From Candidatus Krumholzibacteriota bacterium (GTDB lineage: Bacteria > Krumholzibacteriota > Krumholzibacteriia > JAJRXK01): DNA of 64,000 nucleotides. The translations under genes and the position numbers were made by a program. Below the pieces are notes generated by a model. That model had not been told where the DNA came from. It worked only from the letters and a program-made list of their open reading frames with translations, and made no database searches. Of this stretch, positions 44,301 through 54,226 are shown one piece after another. Within the stretch, counting starts at the first letter, position 1, and each line of letters opens with the position of its first letter. The stretch covers positions 992,001 through 1,056,000 of the forward strand of contig CAVXTH010000009.1 of the NCBI GenBank assembly GCA_963764625.1, read 5' to 3'.

Positions 44301-45143
44301 GTGCCACAGGCACGCTGTGATCTCGCCGACGCCGAACTTGCGGCGGGAAAGGGCGAGGATGCTATCGCCCTGTATCAGAGGGTCGCCCAGGAACCGGTAA
44401 CCAAGGAATTCTTGGCGCGAGCCGAGTACGGTGAGGGCATGTGCATGCTCGCCGCTCAGCGCTTCGACGATGCGAGTTCCGCGTTCGAGCGCGCGGCCGA
44501 CGCGGCTCCGCACAGCGATTGGTCGGCCCAGGCTCTGTTCAAGGTGGCGAACCTCGCGGCGCGCCGGGGTGACGACGACGCGGCGCGCAAAGCGTATCAG
44601 GATCTCGTCGACGAATACCCGCATCATTCTCTGTCGGTGGATGCCATGAAGGGCTTGGCGATGAGTTGGCGTAGGCTCGAACGCTACGACAAGGCACTCG
44701 AGGTGTATCACACTCTCCTGGAAGAGGAACCCGATCTGCCCCAGGCCGAGCAGATCCTGAGCAACATCGCCTACTGCTACCACGAATCGGGGCGCTACGA
44801 GCTGAGCATCGCCGCCTACAAGCGGGTCATGCCTCTGTTGAACGAAGAGGACCAGGCCTACGGTCAGTTTTGGATTGCGGACTCTCTGGAGAAGCTGCGA
44901 CGTTACGAGGAAGCCGCGGCGGCGTTTCTCAAAATTCCCTACCTCTATCCCAAGAGCGGTCAACTTCCGGTGACGGCGCAACTCAAAGCCGCCGGAGTGT
45001 ACCAGAAGATGGGCGAAGTCGAGGCGGCCTCGAAACTCTACGCGAAAGTGATTCACCAGCACGGAGCCAAGAGCCAATGGGGTGCCGAGGCCGCGCGCCG
45101 TCTCCAAGCTCTGCAGGCGGGGGGAAAGAGCGGTGGCTCTTGA
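41343..45143 (+). CDS. Large exported tetratricopeptide-repeat protein (~1266 aa)
   Basis: Signal peptide ending NARA, GGAGG RBS, many BamD/CpoB-like TPR units (Y..L...YP.S..A..A). Confidence 0.85.
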   Translation: MSCTFSNCAIGFVAGVLLFFTTTNARAENQVAGSELGAEAKSESLSNNSTSLSADRDWQFVKRLRDDGMEDVAARQLLEFAKNYPRDPRAASALLQAASVYRHLGQPVGALKAYDELLTHFPSSAQAESALLEKGALLAEGKRNQEAAEAYRSLLTSFPASDQADAARLGLGEAVMALNQGEEAERLFRSLVGGRAAPPLAARARFDLGVLAQKAGEDSLAIAQFDAVHTSYPGEVVGAFGLLRSAELLRDREAPQAARDHYQMVLRKYSDPYLQARAHLGLAILDEAAQSWEDAAKRFRAVADHGGTPEQVQQSLLGLGECELRAGNSKPAREAANAFLEKYPDAPGAPRAHLILARADSKDGKEGAKDELLSLAASSDSTVAFTALSSLATAIESAKEPQEHDFAKARDFWRRAAAVAPSDSERSSALAKAALITSDKMKRHALAADLYDEAAAVEPEDATQAQYLFLEEEQLRAADESERAKQVAQIVIRQHPMSAQAAMLREQLEVDERRVHQDLPEAVRRLSQLALASDEDLSTRRMAVGVVLRQYAGDPASAAQILKEAVAAASDSAGAARASLQLGRSWQDLALVTLLDSPSSSSWKEDWSRARKAYSLAAAYAPRAAVGSAARASLLKLDLAQAAQAESPPLFDAEFTPLLGGYGAQEALDLSGGAWSPIAARIREAVQDGSSGEAKAWFLWRDAELSHAIADSQRVVWLKQALSEKVSPMREWTLRYSLAWFYHRTGADDEAATQLRRIMDAPDSGNLGLAARYLMAEIQRGKQHFAAAKSLYESYALAFPQTQLGQRSLLLAGDMALYGGDSDAAATAYRALLERYPKGNYTDDANYRLATAQMRRGRLEDARRRFQELAKENSQSRYAGRSLLKLSQLESSAGHDSLATDALARLSALDPELAQKEDVFRTLAELQLKRNRPDSALRWLDRFQEDPPRARTLALRVRALALQGKLKEAGERLSSLSEGYPEAGALVPQARCDLADAELAAGKGEDAIALYQRVAQEPVTKEFLARAEYGEGMCMLAAQRFDDASSAFERAADAAPHSDWSAQALFKVANLAARRGDDDAARKAYQDLVDEYPHHSLSVDAMKGLAMSWRRLERYDKALEVYHTLLEEEPDLPQAEQILSNIAYCYHESGRYELSIAAYKRVMPLLNEEDQAYGQFWIADSLEKLRRYEEAAAAFLKIPYLYPKSGQLPVTAQLKAAGVYQKMGEVEAASKLYAKVIHQHGAKSQWGAEAARRLQALQAGGKSGGS

Positions 45144-47961
45144 GCGCATGACCATTCATCTGAGGGGCGTACGAGAGCATAACCTCAAGAACATCGAGGT
45201 CGAGCTGCCGCGGAATGAATTGGTCGTCATCACCGGACCCAGCGGATCGGGGAAGAGTAGCCTCGCGTTCGATACTCTGTACGCGGAGGGTCAGCGGCGT
45301 TATCTCGAGAGCCTCTCGGCCTATGCGCGACACTTCCTCGAGCAAGTTCCCAAGCCCGACGTCGATCGGGTGGAGGGTTTGAGTCCGGCTCTGGCGATCC
45401 AGCAGAGAGGTCTGGGGCGCAATCCGCGCTCGACCGTCGGCACCATCACCGAGATCATTCCCTTCCTGCGGCTGCTCTTCGCCCGGCTTGGCGAACCCCA
45501 TTGCCCCAAGTGCAAGGTCAAGGTGGCGTCCGGTCATCCCTCGCTCATCCTGAAAGAGCTGTTGCACCTGCCGGAGGGAACACGCTTTCTCATTCTGGCC
45601 CCGGTGCTGCGGAGCCGGCGGGGAGAACAGCGTCCGCTGTTGTCCGCGCTGCGCAAGAAGGGCTACGCGCGCGTTCGCGTCGACGGCCAGATCTTGGCCC
45701 TCAGCGAGGTGGAAGCGCTCGCGAAGGGGGCCCGGCACGATGTCGATCTGGTGGTGGATCGCCTGGAGGCGAAGAGCGGGTCCGAGCAGAGATTGACGAG
45801 TAGTATCGAGAGAGCCTTGGCGGAGGGAGAGGGAAGTCTCATCATCTCTCCCTTGACCACAGGGCGCGAGAAGGTCTACAGCGATCGCCTCGCGTGTCCG
45901 AAGTGCGGCACCGGCTTCGCGATCCTGGAACCGAGGCTCTTCTCGTTCAATTCACCGGCCGGCGCGTGCCCCTCTTGCCGGGGTCTGGGTTCGACGCGGA
46001 AGATCGCCGAAGCTCTGCTCTTCCCCGATCCCTCCGCGAGCCTGCGCGAAGGCGGATTGGCTCCCCTGAAGGGGAAGAACCAGAGCTTCATCCACGAGCA
46101 GGTCGACTACCTCGCCAAGCGTATGGGGTTCGATGAGTCCAAATCCCTGGCCGAGATGCCCCAGCGGCTCCGGCGGGCGCTGCTGCAGGGAACGATGGGC
46201 GAGGAGTTCGACTTCTTGCGCGAGGGGATCAGCGGCCACGAGCGCTTCTTGGCCGACTTCGAGGGTTTGGTGCCAATGCTGACGCGGCGCGCTCGCGAGA
46301 CGAAGAGCCAGAGGATCCGAAGCTGGTGCGAGGAGTTCATGGAGGAGCGGATCTGTCCGGACTGCAAGGGAACCCGTCTGCGTCCGGAGGCGCTTGCCGT
46401 CAAAATCTTCGGATGCGATCTCGGCGAACTCTCCGAAGCTCCTCTCTGCAGACTCCTGGAACGAGTGGGGGAGTGGAACTTCCAGGGAAGCGAGGCCGTG
46501 ATCGGAGGACCTCTCCAAGAGGAGATCGTCTCTCGCCTGGGATTCCTCGTGCAGGCCGGACTGGGCTACTTGTCTCTGAGCCGCCCCGTGAATTCGCTCA
46601 GCGGGGGAGAGGGCCAGCGCGTGCGCTTGGCCACGCAGGTGGGAGGACGACTCACCGGTGTACTCTACGTTCTCGACGAGCCCAGCGTCGGCTTGCACGC
46701 GCGGGACAACGAGCGTCTGATCGAGCTTCTCCGTCGCCTCGTGGACCGCGGGAACTCGCTCGTCGTGGTGGAACACGACCGCGACATCATCGTGGCGGCG
46801 GATCACGTGGTCGATCTGGGTCCGGGGGCCGGGGATCACGGAGGCGAGGTGGTCGCGCAGGGAACCCCCGAGGAGATCGCGCTGAAGGCGGACTCCCCGA
46901 CCGGACGCTGGCTGGCCCGACCACTCGAGCTACCCAAAAACCGGCGCGCCGTCGATCCGAAGCGGACTCTGGTGATCCGGGGCGCGCGCGCCCGCAACCT
47001 CAAGGACATCGACGTGACAATTCCCTTGGGCAAGCTCATCGCGGTCACCGGCGTCTCCGGAAGCGGAAAGAGCACTCTGATCCACGAAATCCTCTACCGC
47101 GCTCTGGCCCAAACGCTCCACGGGGCTCTGGCCAGGCCCGGAGATCACGATCGCATCGAGGGAAGCGAGGCCCTGGACAAGGTCATCCTCATCGACCAAC
47201 AGCCGATTGGACGTTCTCCTCGGAGTACTCCCGCCACCTTCACCGGGCTCTACACTCACCTGCGGAAACTTCTCGCGCAGACACCGGCGGCGAAGGCGCG
47301 CGGCTTCGACCAGGGCCGGTTTTCCTTCAACACCAAGGGGGGGCGCTGCGAGGCCTGTGATGGGGCGGGCGTGCGCACACTCACTATGGATTTTCTCCCC
47401 CGGGTGCGGGTAGTCTGTGACGTCTGCCGGGGCCGGAGATTCAACCGCCAAACCCTCGAGGTGAGTTACAAGGGGCACTCGATCGCGGACTACCTGCAGA
47501 TGACGATCGAAGAGGCGGGGGAACTCCTGGATCCGGTCCCTTCGATCGGAAGAGTCCTTTCGACTCTGCAGAAGGTCGGTCTTGGTTACCTTCGGCTGGG
47601 TCAAGCGGCGGATACTCTCAGCGGCGGTGAAGCCCAGCGGCTGAAGTTGGCGCGTGAGCTGAGTCGCCCTTCCACGGGAACGACCCTGTACCTCTTGGAC
47701 GAGCCCACGACCGGACTACATTTCCAGGACGTGGAGATGCTGTTGGCGGTGCTCGCAAAATTGGTGGACAAGGGCAATACGGTATTGGTCATCGAGCACC
47801 ATCCCGAGGTGATACTGGCCGCCGACTGGATCGTGGACTTGGGACCCGAGGGTGGCGACGAAGGTGGCGCCATCGTGGTACAGGGACTCCTGGATGAGGT
47901 GATGCAGTGCTCTGCGTCCCACACCGGTCGCATGCTCAAGAGGCAACTCCATGCGGCTTGA
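45133..47961 (+). CDS. uvrA: Excinuclease ABC subunit A
   Basis: REHNLKNI, GPSGSGKSSLAFDTLYAEGQRRY, Zn fingers, LSGGEGQRVRLA, second Walker A GVSGSGKST, LSGGEAQRLKLA. Confidence 0.97.
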   Translation: MALERMTIHLRGVREHNLKNIEVELPRNELVVITGPSGSGKSSLAFDTLYAEGQRRYLESLSAYARHFLEQVPKPDVDRVEGLSPALAIQQRGLGRNPRSTVGTITEIIPFLRLLFARLGEPHCPKCKVKVASGHPSLILKELLHLPEGTRFLILAPVLRSRRGEQRPLLSALRKKGYARVRVDGQILALSEVEALAKGARHDVDLVVDRLEAKSGSEQRLTSSIERALAEGEGSLIISPLTTGREKVYSDRLACPKCGTGFAILEPRLFSFNSPAGACPSCRGLGSTRKIAEALLFPDPSASLREGGLAPLKGKNQSFIHEQVDYLAKRMGFDESKSLAEMPQRLRRALLQGTMGEEFDFLREGISGHERFLADFEGLVPMLTRRARETKSQRIRSWCEEFMEERICPDCKGTRLRPEALAVKIFGCDLGELSEAPLCRLLERVGEWNFQGSEAVIGGPLQEEIVSRLGFLVQAGLGYLSLSRPVNSLSGGEGQRVRLATQVGGRLTGVLYVLDEPSVGLHARDNERLIELLRRLVDRGNSLVVVEHDRDIIVAADHVVDLGPGAGDHGGEVVAQGTPEEIALKADSPTGRWLARPLELPKNRRAVDPKRTLVIRGARARNLKDIDVTIPLGKLIAVTGVSGSGKSTLIHEILYRALAQTLHGALARPGDHDRIEGSEALDKVILIDQQPIGRSPRSTPATFTGLYTHLRKLLAQTPAAKARGFDQGRFSFNTKGGRCEACDGAGVRTLTMDFLPRVRVVCDVCRGRRFNRQTLEVSYKGHSIADYLQMTIEEAGELLDPVPSIGRVLSTLQKVGLGYLRLGQAADTLSGGEAQRLKLARELSRPSTGTTLYLLDEPTTGLHFQDVEMLLAVLAKLVDKGNTVLVIEHHPEVILAADWIVDLGPEGGDEGGAIVVQGLLDEVMQCSASHTGRMLKRQLHAA

Positions 47962-48021
47962 ATTCGTCGAGGCGTTAGTTCCGGAGGAGGGCGACGCCGC
48001 TCCGCGAGAAGGACTTGGAAC

Positions 48022-49136
48022 ATGAGTGAACCGCGTCGCACGCCGTTGAGCTCTTGGCACGAAGAGCACGGAGGCCGCATGGTCGATTTCGCCGGGTACT
48101 GGATGCCGGTGCAGTACGAGGGAGTGCTGGCCGAACATCGCCGGGTTCGTGAGCAGGTGGGGCTGTTCGACATCAGCCACATGGCCGAGTTCCACCTTCG
48201 AGGCGGCAATGCGCGGCTCGCCCTCGATTCGTTGATCACGAACAACTTGAGCCGCCTGGAGCCACAAAGAGTGCTCTACACCGCCCTCTGTCGCGAGGGC
48301 GGAGGCGTGCTGGACGACTTGCTGGTCTACTGTCTTTCCGGCGACCATTTTCTGGTGGTGGCGAACGCCGCCAATCGCGAGAAAGTCGCCAAATGGCTAA
48401 GGGACCGTCTGCCACCCGAGGTGGACTTCGCCGATGAAAGTGATTCCACCGCCCTCATCGCCATTCAGGGTCCTTCGAGCCTGGAGCTGTTGCTGCGCTG
48501 GCCGCGCGGGAAGGAGATCGCGGAAGGGCTGCGAGAGCTCGAGTACTACCATACTTTGCAGCCGGTGTTCGCCGACTCGCAGTGTATTCTGTCGCGCACC
48601 GGATATACCGGGGAGAAGGGCTTCGAACTCTATCTTCCCTCTTCTTGCGCGGTCGGACTTCTGGGAGGAGCTCCTGCAGGCCGGGGCCGCGCTTTCGGCG
48701 GCGCCAGTGGGTCTGGGGGCTCGGGATACGCTTACGCCTGGAGGCCTGCTATTCGCTCTATGGACACGAGCTCGACGAAGATCACACTCCCTACGAGTCG
48801 AACATCGGTTGGGTGGTGCGGCTGAAGTCCCCGGTCGAATTCGTGGGGAAGGCGATCCTTCAGCAGCAGAAAGAAGCCGGAGCGGAGTTCTGCGTCGCCG
48901 GCTTCACCGTGCAGGGGAAGGCCATCGCCCGGCAGGGAGCCCGAATCCTCTCCGGCGGTCGCGAGGTCGGTCAGGTGACCAGCGGGACCTTCTCCCCGAC
49001 TCTGGAGCGTGGTATCGCGCTCGCCCGCGTGAAGCAAGCGGCACTGGACGAGGAGCTCGAAGTCGAGATACGCGGAAGACGCCACCCCTTCCTCCGGGTG
49101 GAGACTCCTTTCGTTCCGCTCCACGTGAAGGATTGA
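48022..49136 (+). CDS. gcvT: Glycine cleavage aminomethyltransferase T; two apparent +1 frameshifts (~48657, ~48734)
   Basis: MVDFAGYWMPVQY, LFDISHM, SRTGYTGEKGFE, then GLGARDTL/RLEACYSLYGHEL and VTSGTFSPTL across three frames. Confidence 0.93.
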
Positions 49137-49183
49137 GACCATTTCGAGGTGGCAGTGACAAATCTCGGATCAAGGAGTTGAAC

Positions 49184-49561
49184 ATGAGACCCACGGACAT
49201 CCAGTACACCAAGGAACACGAGTGGATCCGCATGGAGGGCGATCAGGGGATCATCGGCGTGACCGATTTCGCCGCTTCGGAGCTGGGGGACATCGTGTTC
49301 ATCGAACTTCCCACCGCCGGTACTGCGATCCAGGCGGGCGAATCCCTGGGGAGCATCGAGACGGTGAAGGCGGTCGAGGATCTCTATTCGCCGGTGAGCG
49401 GTGTGGTGCTCGATATCAACGTGAAGCTCGAAGAGAGTCCGGAGTTGGTGAACGAGGATCCATTTGGAGAGGGATGGATGGTGCGCGTTCAGGTGGAGAA
49501 CCTCGACCAAGCCGAACTCCTGAGCGCGGAAGAATACGCCAGCGAAATCGGAGAGGAATGA
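49184..49561 (+). CDS. gcvH: Glycine cleavage H protein
   Basis: YTKEHEW, LGDIVFIELP, lipoyl-Lys motif IETVKAVEDL, NEDPFGEGW; AAGGAG RBS. Confidence 0.96.
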   Translation: MRPTDIQYTKEHEWIRMEGDQGIIGVTDFAASELGDIVFIELPTAGTAIQAGESLGSIETVKAVEDLYSPVSGVVLDINVKLEESPELVNEDPFGEGWMVRVQVENLDQAELLSAEEYASEIGEE

Positions 49562-49565
49562 TCGT

Positions 49566-50945
49566 ATGGCCTACGCGCCGCATACCGCCCGTGAAGTCGA
49601 GGAGATGCTCGAAACGATCGGGCATCCTTCCGTCGAGAGTCTCTTCTCGAGCATCCCCGACGCCCTCCGGCTGAAGAACGGTTTGAGGATCCCCGACGGC
49701 ATCAGCGAGGCCGCCTTGAGGCGGGAGTTCGCCCGGATGGCGCGCGCCAATCAAAGCGCCGAGGATCTCGTCTGTTTCGCGGGCGGGGGCTACTACGAGC
49801 ACGACATCCCGGCCGTCGTTCCCTATCTCGCGCTGCGGAGCGAGTTCGCCACCGCCTACACTCCGTATCAAGCGGAGGTTTCCCAAGGCACTCTCCAGGT
49901 CATCTACGAGTTCCAGAGCTACATCTGTCGTCTCACTGGACTCGACGTCAGCAACGCGAGCCTCTACGACGGCGCCACCGCTCTGGTGGAAGCGGTTCTC
50001 CTCGCCGTCAACCAGACCCGTCGTTCGAAGGTCCTCGTGCCGGCGACTCTCTGGTCTCGCTGGCAACGCGTGCTTCACACCTATCTGCAAGCGCGTGACC
50101 TGACGGTCCTGGCCATCGCCAGCAGCGAGGACGGCCGTCTGGACGAGGCTGACCTCGACGCAAAGCTCGACGACGACACTGCATGCGTGGTTCTGGTCCA
50201 GCCCAACGGGCTGGGAGTTCTGGAGGACGCGCGCGCGATCGGTCAGCGGGTGGAGAACAGCAACGCGCTGTTGATCGCGGCGGTGAATCCCACCACCCTG
50301 CCCTTGCTCGATCCCCCGGGATCCTACGGCGCGGCGGTAGCGGTGGGAGAGGGCCAGCCTCTGGGATTGCCCATGAGCTTCGGCGGGCCCACGTTTGGCT
50401 TCATCGCGGCGCGTGACGAGCTCAAGCGTCGCATGCCGGGTCGCATCGTGGGGGAGACGGTGGATCGCGACGGAAAGCGCGGTTTCGTGTTGACCCTGCA
50501 AACCCGGGAACAGCACATTCGCCGCGAAAAGGCCACCTCTAACATCTGCACCAACCAGGGTCTGGCTGCCACCATGGCAACCATCTACATGTCGATGCTT
50601 GGCAAAGAGGGATTGGCTGCGGTAGCGCATGCCTGCCAGGCCAAGGCCCATTATCTGGCCCAGGGACTGGAGCGAATCGGCGGGGTGGCGCTTCCTTTCA
50701 GCGCACCGTTCTTCCACGAGTTCGTCCTGCGGACGCCTTTGCCGGCACGCGAATTCCTGCAGCTCTGTGCCCAGGAGAAGATTCTGGCGGGAATCGCTCT
50801 GAGGGATCTGTGCGAAGGAGCCGACGAACGCGACGTGCTCGTCGCGGTGACCGAATTGCGGACGCGCGAGGAAATGGACGGTTACCTGAAGCTCGCCGAG
50901 GGAATCGTTGCGAATTCGAATGCCGCAACGGCGGGGGGGGCGTGA
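49566..50945 (+). CDS. gcvPA: Glycine dehydrogenase subunit 1
   Basis: TAYTPYQAEVSQG, NASLYDGATA, TREQHIRREKATSNICTNQ. Confidence 0.96.
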   Translation: MAYAPHTAREVEEMLETIGHPSVESLFSSIPDALRLKNGLRIPDGISEAALRREFARMARANQSAEDLVCFAGGGYYEHDIPAVVPYLALRSEFATAYTPYQAEVSQGTLQVIYEFQSYICRLTGLDVSNASLYDGATALVEAVLLAVNQTRRSKVLVPATLWSRWQRVLHTYLQARDLTVLAIASSEDGRLDEADLDAKLDDDTACVVLVQPNGLGVLEDARAIGQRVENSNALLIAAVNPTTLPLLDPPGSYGAAVAVGEGQPLGLPMSFGGPTFGFIAARDELKRRMPGRIVGETVDRDGKRGFVLTLQTREQHIRREKATSNICTNQGLAATMATIYMSMLGKEGLAAVAHACQAKAHYLAQGLERIGGVALPFSAPFFHEFVLRTPLPAREFLQLCAQEKILAGIALRDLCEGADERDVLVAVTELRTREEMDGYLKLAEGIVANSNAATAGGA

Positions 50946-52405
50946 TGAAGCAGGAAGAGGTGCTCACCATCTTTGAGCGCTCGCGAGCCGGAAGACTCAG
51001 CTATCTGGCGCCCGAGTTGGATGTGCCCGAGGTTTCACTTCCCGAAAATCTGCAGCGCAGAGAGGCGCTCGATTTTCCCCACCTGTCCGAAAGCGAAGTC
51101 GTTCGGCATTACACGAATCTCTCGGTGAAGAATTTTCACATCGACCGCAATCTGTATCCGCTGGGTTCGTGCACGATGAAGTACAACCCGAAAGTGAACG
51201 AACAGATCGCTGGCATGGCCGGATTCGCGAAGATTCATCCCCTTCAAGATGCCTCGCAAGTTCAGGGCGCCTTGGAAGTCATGGTGCGGCTGAAGGAGCT
51301 TCTGGCCGAGATCACCGGGATGGACGCGGTCAGTCTGCAGCCCGCCGCCGGGGCCCACGGAGAATTGCTCGGGATGATGGTCACCCGGCAGTACCACCTC
51401 TCCCGGGGCGAGCAGAAGCGCAAGCGGGTTCTCATTCCCGATTCGGCCCACGGAACGAACCCGGCCAGCGCCACCCTCGTGGGCTTCACCGTGGAGTCGG
51501 TGAGCACCGAGTCGGACGGCAAACTGCGAATCGAAAGACTGAAGGAGAAGCTGGGCGACGATCTCGCGGCCCTGATGATCACCAACCCGAATACTCTCGG
51601 TCTCTTCGAAACGCGGATCGCTGAAATCTCCGAACTGGTGCACGCGGCGGGAGGTCTGATGTACATGGATGGCGCCAACATGAACGCCATCATGGGGAAA
51701 TCTCGTCCGGGCGACATGGGATTCGACCTGGTGCATCTGAACCTTCACAAAACCTTCAGCACGCCCCACGGCGGCGGCGGTCCGGGATGCGGACCCCTCT
51801 GTGTCGTGAAGAAGCTTGCGCCCTTCCTACCCTATCCGCGCGCCAAGCGGGGATCCGATGGCTACTCCTGGCTCGCTGAGCCCGAGGAAGGCGGAGTGCA
51901 TCAGCGCATCCATGGCAGCTACGGCAACTTTCTCGTCATGGTGCGCGCCCTCGCCTACATATTGCGCAACGGCGGAAACGGCTTGAGCCGCGCCAGTGAA
52001 ATGGCGGTGCTGAACGCGAACTATCTGAAGGCCAGGCTGAAGGATGCCCTCACGATCGATTACCCCGAGGGAACGCTCCACGAGTTCGTGGCCAGCGGTC
52101 GGGGGTTGAGGCCCTTGGGCCTCCACACTCTCGATCTCGCGAAGCGGCTCTTGGACTACGGCTATCACGCACCCACGATCTACTTTCCTCTCGTGGTCGA
52201 GGAGGCGCTCATGATCGAGCCCACCGAAACCGAGACCAAGGACACGATGGACGCGTTCGCCGACGCGATTCTTTCGATTCTGCAAGAGGCGCGCGAGAAT
52301 CCGCAGCTGCTCCGCGACGCGCCGCTGACCACCCCGGTGCGTCGGCTCGACGAGACCAAGGCCAATCGGGCTCCCCAGGTGTGCTGGGGCGGCCGCTGCG
52401 ATTGA
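50945..52405 (+). CDS. gcvPB: Glycine dehydrogenase subunit 2
   Basis: YPLGSCTMKYNPK, SAHGTNPASA, HLNLHKTFSTPHGGGGPG, MIEPTETE. Confidence 0.96.
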   Translation: MKQEEVLTIFERSRAGRLSYLAPELDVPEVSLPENLQRREALDFPHLSESEVVRHYTNLSVKNFHIDRNLYPLGSCTMKYNPKVNEQIAGMAGFAKIHPLQDASQVQGALEVMVRLKELLAEITGMDAVSLQPAAGAHGELLGMMVTRQYHLSRGEQKRKRVLIPDSAHGTNPASATLVGFTVESVSTESDGKLRIERLKEKLGDDLAALMITNPNTLGLFETRIAEISELVHAAGGLMYMDGANMNAIMGKSRPGDMGFDLVHLNLHKTFSTPHGGGGPGCGPLCVVKKLAPFLPYPRAKRGSDGYSWLAEPEEGGVHQRIHGSYGNFLVMVRALAYILRNGGNGLSRASEMAVLNANYLKARLKDALTIDYPEGTLHEFVASGRGLRPLGLHTLDLAKRLLDYGYHAPTIYFPLVVEEALMIEPTETETKDTMDAFADAILSILQEARENPQLLRDAPLTTPVRRLDETKANRAPQVCWGGRCD

Positions 52406-52407
52406 CG

Positions 52408-53202
52408 ATGAAGCTTCTGCTGCTCTGCGATGGGGCTATGGGCGGAGAGCGGAACATGGCTCTCGACCGCGCTCTGCTGAGGGCCTACCAGCGGGGTGAA
52501 CTGAACTCTCCACTTCTGCGGGTGTACGCCTGGGACCCTCCCGCGCTCTCGTTGGGTTACCACCAATCGGTGCGGGATTTGGATCTTTCGCGGCTGCGTG
52601 CCCAGAGAATCGATCTCGTGCGGCGTCCGAGCGGGGGGGGAGCGGTCTTGCACTGGCGGGAATGGACCTACGCCGTGGCTGGTCCGCTGGGGATCCCCGG
52701 TTTGGGCGGGGGGTTTCGTGAGATCTACGCCTCGCTCGCCGGAAGCCTGGTCGAAGCGCTGAACCGACTCGGGGTGGCGGCTCAGAGCGAAGGCACGGGA
52801 GGACCCGAGAGTTTTCTCTGCTTCGAGTCTCTCCACGGGCACGAGATCTCGGTGGGGGGACGAAAGCTGGTGGGGAGCGCGTTCAGGCAGACCCGACGCG
52901 CGTTCTTGCAACACGGAAGTCTGTTGGTGGGTCCGGAGCATCTGCGCATCGTCGAGCTCTTGGGTGAGGGAAATGCGGAGGAGCGCGAGGCGCGCAGACA
53001 GAGCTTGCGCCGGCGCACGACGAACCTAAAGGAGCTCGGACACTCGGAGCTCTCCGCCGAGAGCTTCGCGCTTGCCTTCGCGGATACCCTGTCCGCGCGC
53101 TTGAAACTCGCGGTCGAAGTGCTCGAAAGCTATCCGAATGCGGTCTCGGTTCTCGCCGAGGATTCGAGTCTTCTCTCGCCCGCCGCTCGCATTCGCCCTT
53201 GA
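52408..53202 (+). CDS. Lipoate-protein ligase / octanoyltransferase (LplA/LipM family)
   Basis: NMALDRALL, LSLGYHQ, VRRPSGGGAVLH, RKLVGSA, LQHGS; directly after the gcv genes. Confidence 0.9.
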   Translation: MKLLLLCDGAMGGERNMALDRALLRAYQRGELNSPLLRVYAWDPPALSLGYHQSVRDLDLSRLRAQRIDLVRRPSGGGAVLHWREWTYAVAGPLGIPGLGGGFREIYASLAGSLVEALNRLGVAAQSEGTGGPESFLCFESLHGHEISVGGRKLVGSAFRQTRRAFLQHGSLLVGPEHLRIVELLGEGNAEEREARRQSLRRRTTNLKELGHSELSAESFALAFADTLSARLKLAVEVLESYPNAVSVLAEDSSLLSPAARIRP

Positions 53203-53259
53203 CCGCTCGGGCGCTGTCCTTGCACCTTGAATCCTGCACACCAACCCCGCGGCGCGTTC

Positions 53260-54225
53260 ATGGCAGCATTCGTCCTTCGACGTCTCTTGGGCTCCATTCT
53301 CCTTCTCTGGGGCGTGGTCACGCTCACCTTCGTGCTGCTCCAGGTCGCGCCGGGCGATCCGATGGACGCACTCGTCGATCCCTCATTCACTCCGCAGGAC
53401 GTTCAGGCGATCCGGGCGCGCTACGGTCTGGACGAGCCGATGGCGGTACAGTACGTCTCTTGGCTCACAGGCCTTTTGCACGGTGACCTGGGGATCAGCC
53501 TTCGCCACAAGAGACCGGTGGCCAAGATCCTCGCCGAGGCCATCCCCAACACGCTGAGGCTGAGCGTGGTGTCGTTTCTGCTCTGGCTCGTCGCCGGGAC
53601 CGCACTCGGGGTGTGGGCCGCCGCACGGAGGGGGCGCGCGAGCGAACGGGGGGCCACCATCTTGAGTCTTCTCGTCTACAGTCTGCCCTCGTTTTGGCTG
53701 GGGCTGATGCTCCAGCTCATCTTCGTGTGGCGACTCCACTGGCTTCCCTCCGGCGGGATGGCGGATGGGAGTCTGTCCGCGCTGGGGTTTTGGCCCTGGT
53801 TCCTTTCGAGTTGTCGTCATCTCGTGCTCCCGGCGGCGGTTCTCGGGCTTTCAGGGGCGGCGGGGCTCGCGCGTTACATGCGTTCCTCGATGCTGGAGAT
53901 TCTCTCGCAGGATTACATTCGGACCGCGCGCGCGAAGGGCCTCAGCGAACGCGCGGTGCTCCTGAAGCATGCTCTGCGCAACGCGGCCATTCCTCTGATC
54001 ACTCTTCTCGGGTTGAGTCTGCCTTTCCTGCTCAGCGGAGCGGTCGTGGTGGAGGTGATCTTCTCGTGGCCGGGGATGGGACAGGTCGCGGTCTCCGCCC
54101 TCCTCGGGCGCGACTATCCGGTGATCCTGGCCACTACCCTCTTGTCGGGCAGCATGGTCATCGTGGGAAACCTCCTGGCGGATCTGGCCTATGGCGTGAT
54201 CGATCCGCGCATCCGGTTGGGTTGA
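53260..54225 (+). CDS. Peptide ABC transporter permease (DppB/OppB-like)
   Basis: APGDP, GDLGISL, YIRTARAKGL, HALRNA, IFSWPGMG, DPRIR. Confidence 0.92.
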   Translation: MAAFVLRRLLGSILLLWGVVTLTFVLLQVAPGDPMDALVDPSFTPQDVQAIRARYGLDEPMAVQYVSWLTGLLHGDLGISLRHKRPVAKILAEAIPNTLRLSVVSFLLWLVAGTALGVWAAARRGRASERGATILSLLVYSLPSFWLGLMLQLIFVWRLHWLPSGGMADGSLSALGFWPWFLSSCRHLVLPAAVLGLSGAAGLARYMRSSMLEILSQDYIRTARAKGLSERAVLLKHALRNAAIPLITLLGLSLPFLLSGAVVVEVIFSWPGMGQVAVSALLGRDYPVILATTLLSGSMVIVGNLLADLAYGVIDPRIRLG

Positions 54226-54226
54226 G

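Noticed and set aside
47962-48021. Glycine riboswitch upstream of gcvT
   Set aside because: The spacer is only 60 bp and has no aptamer consensus.
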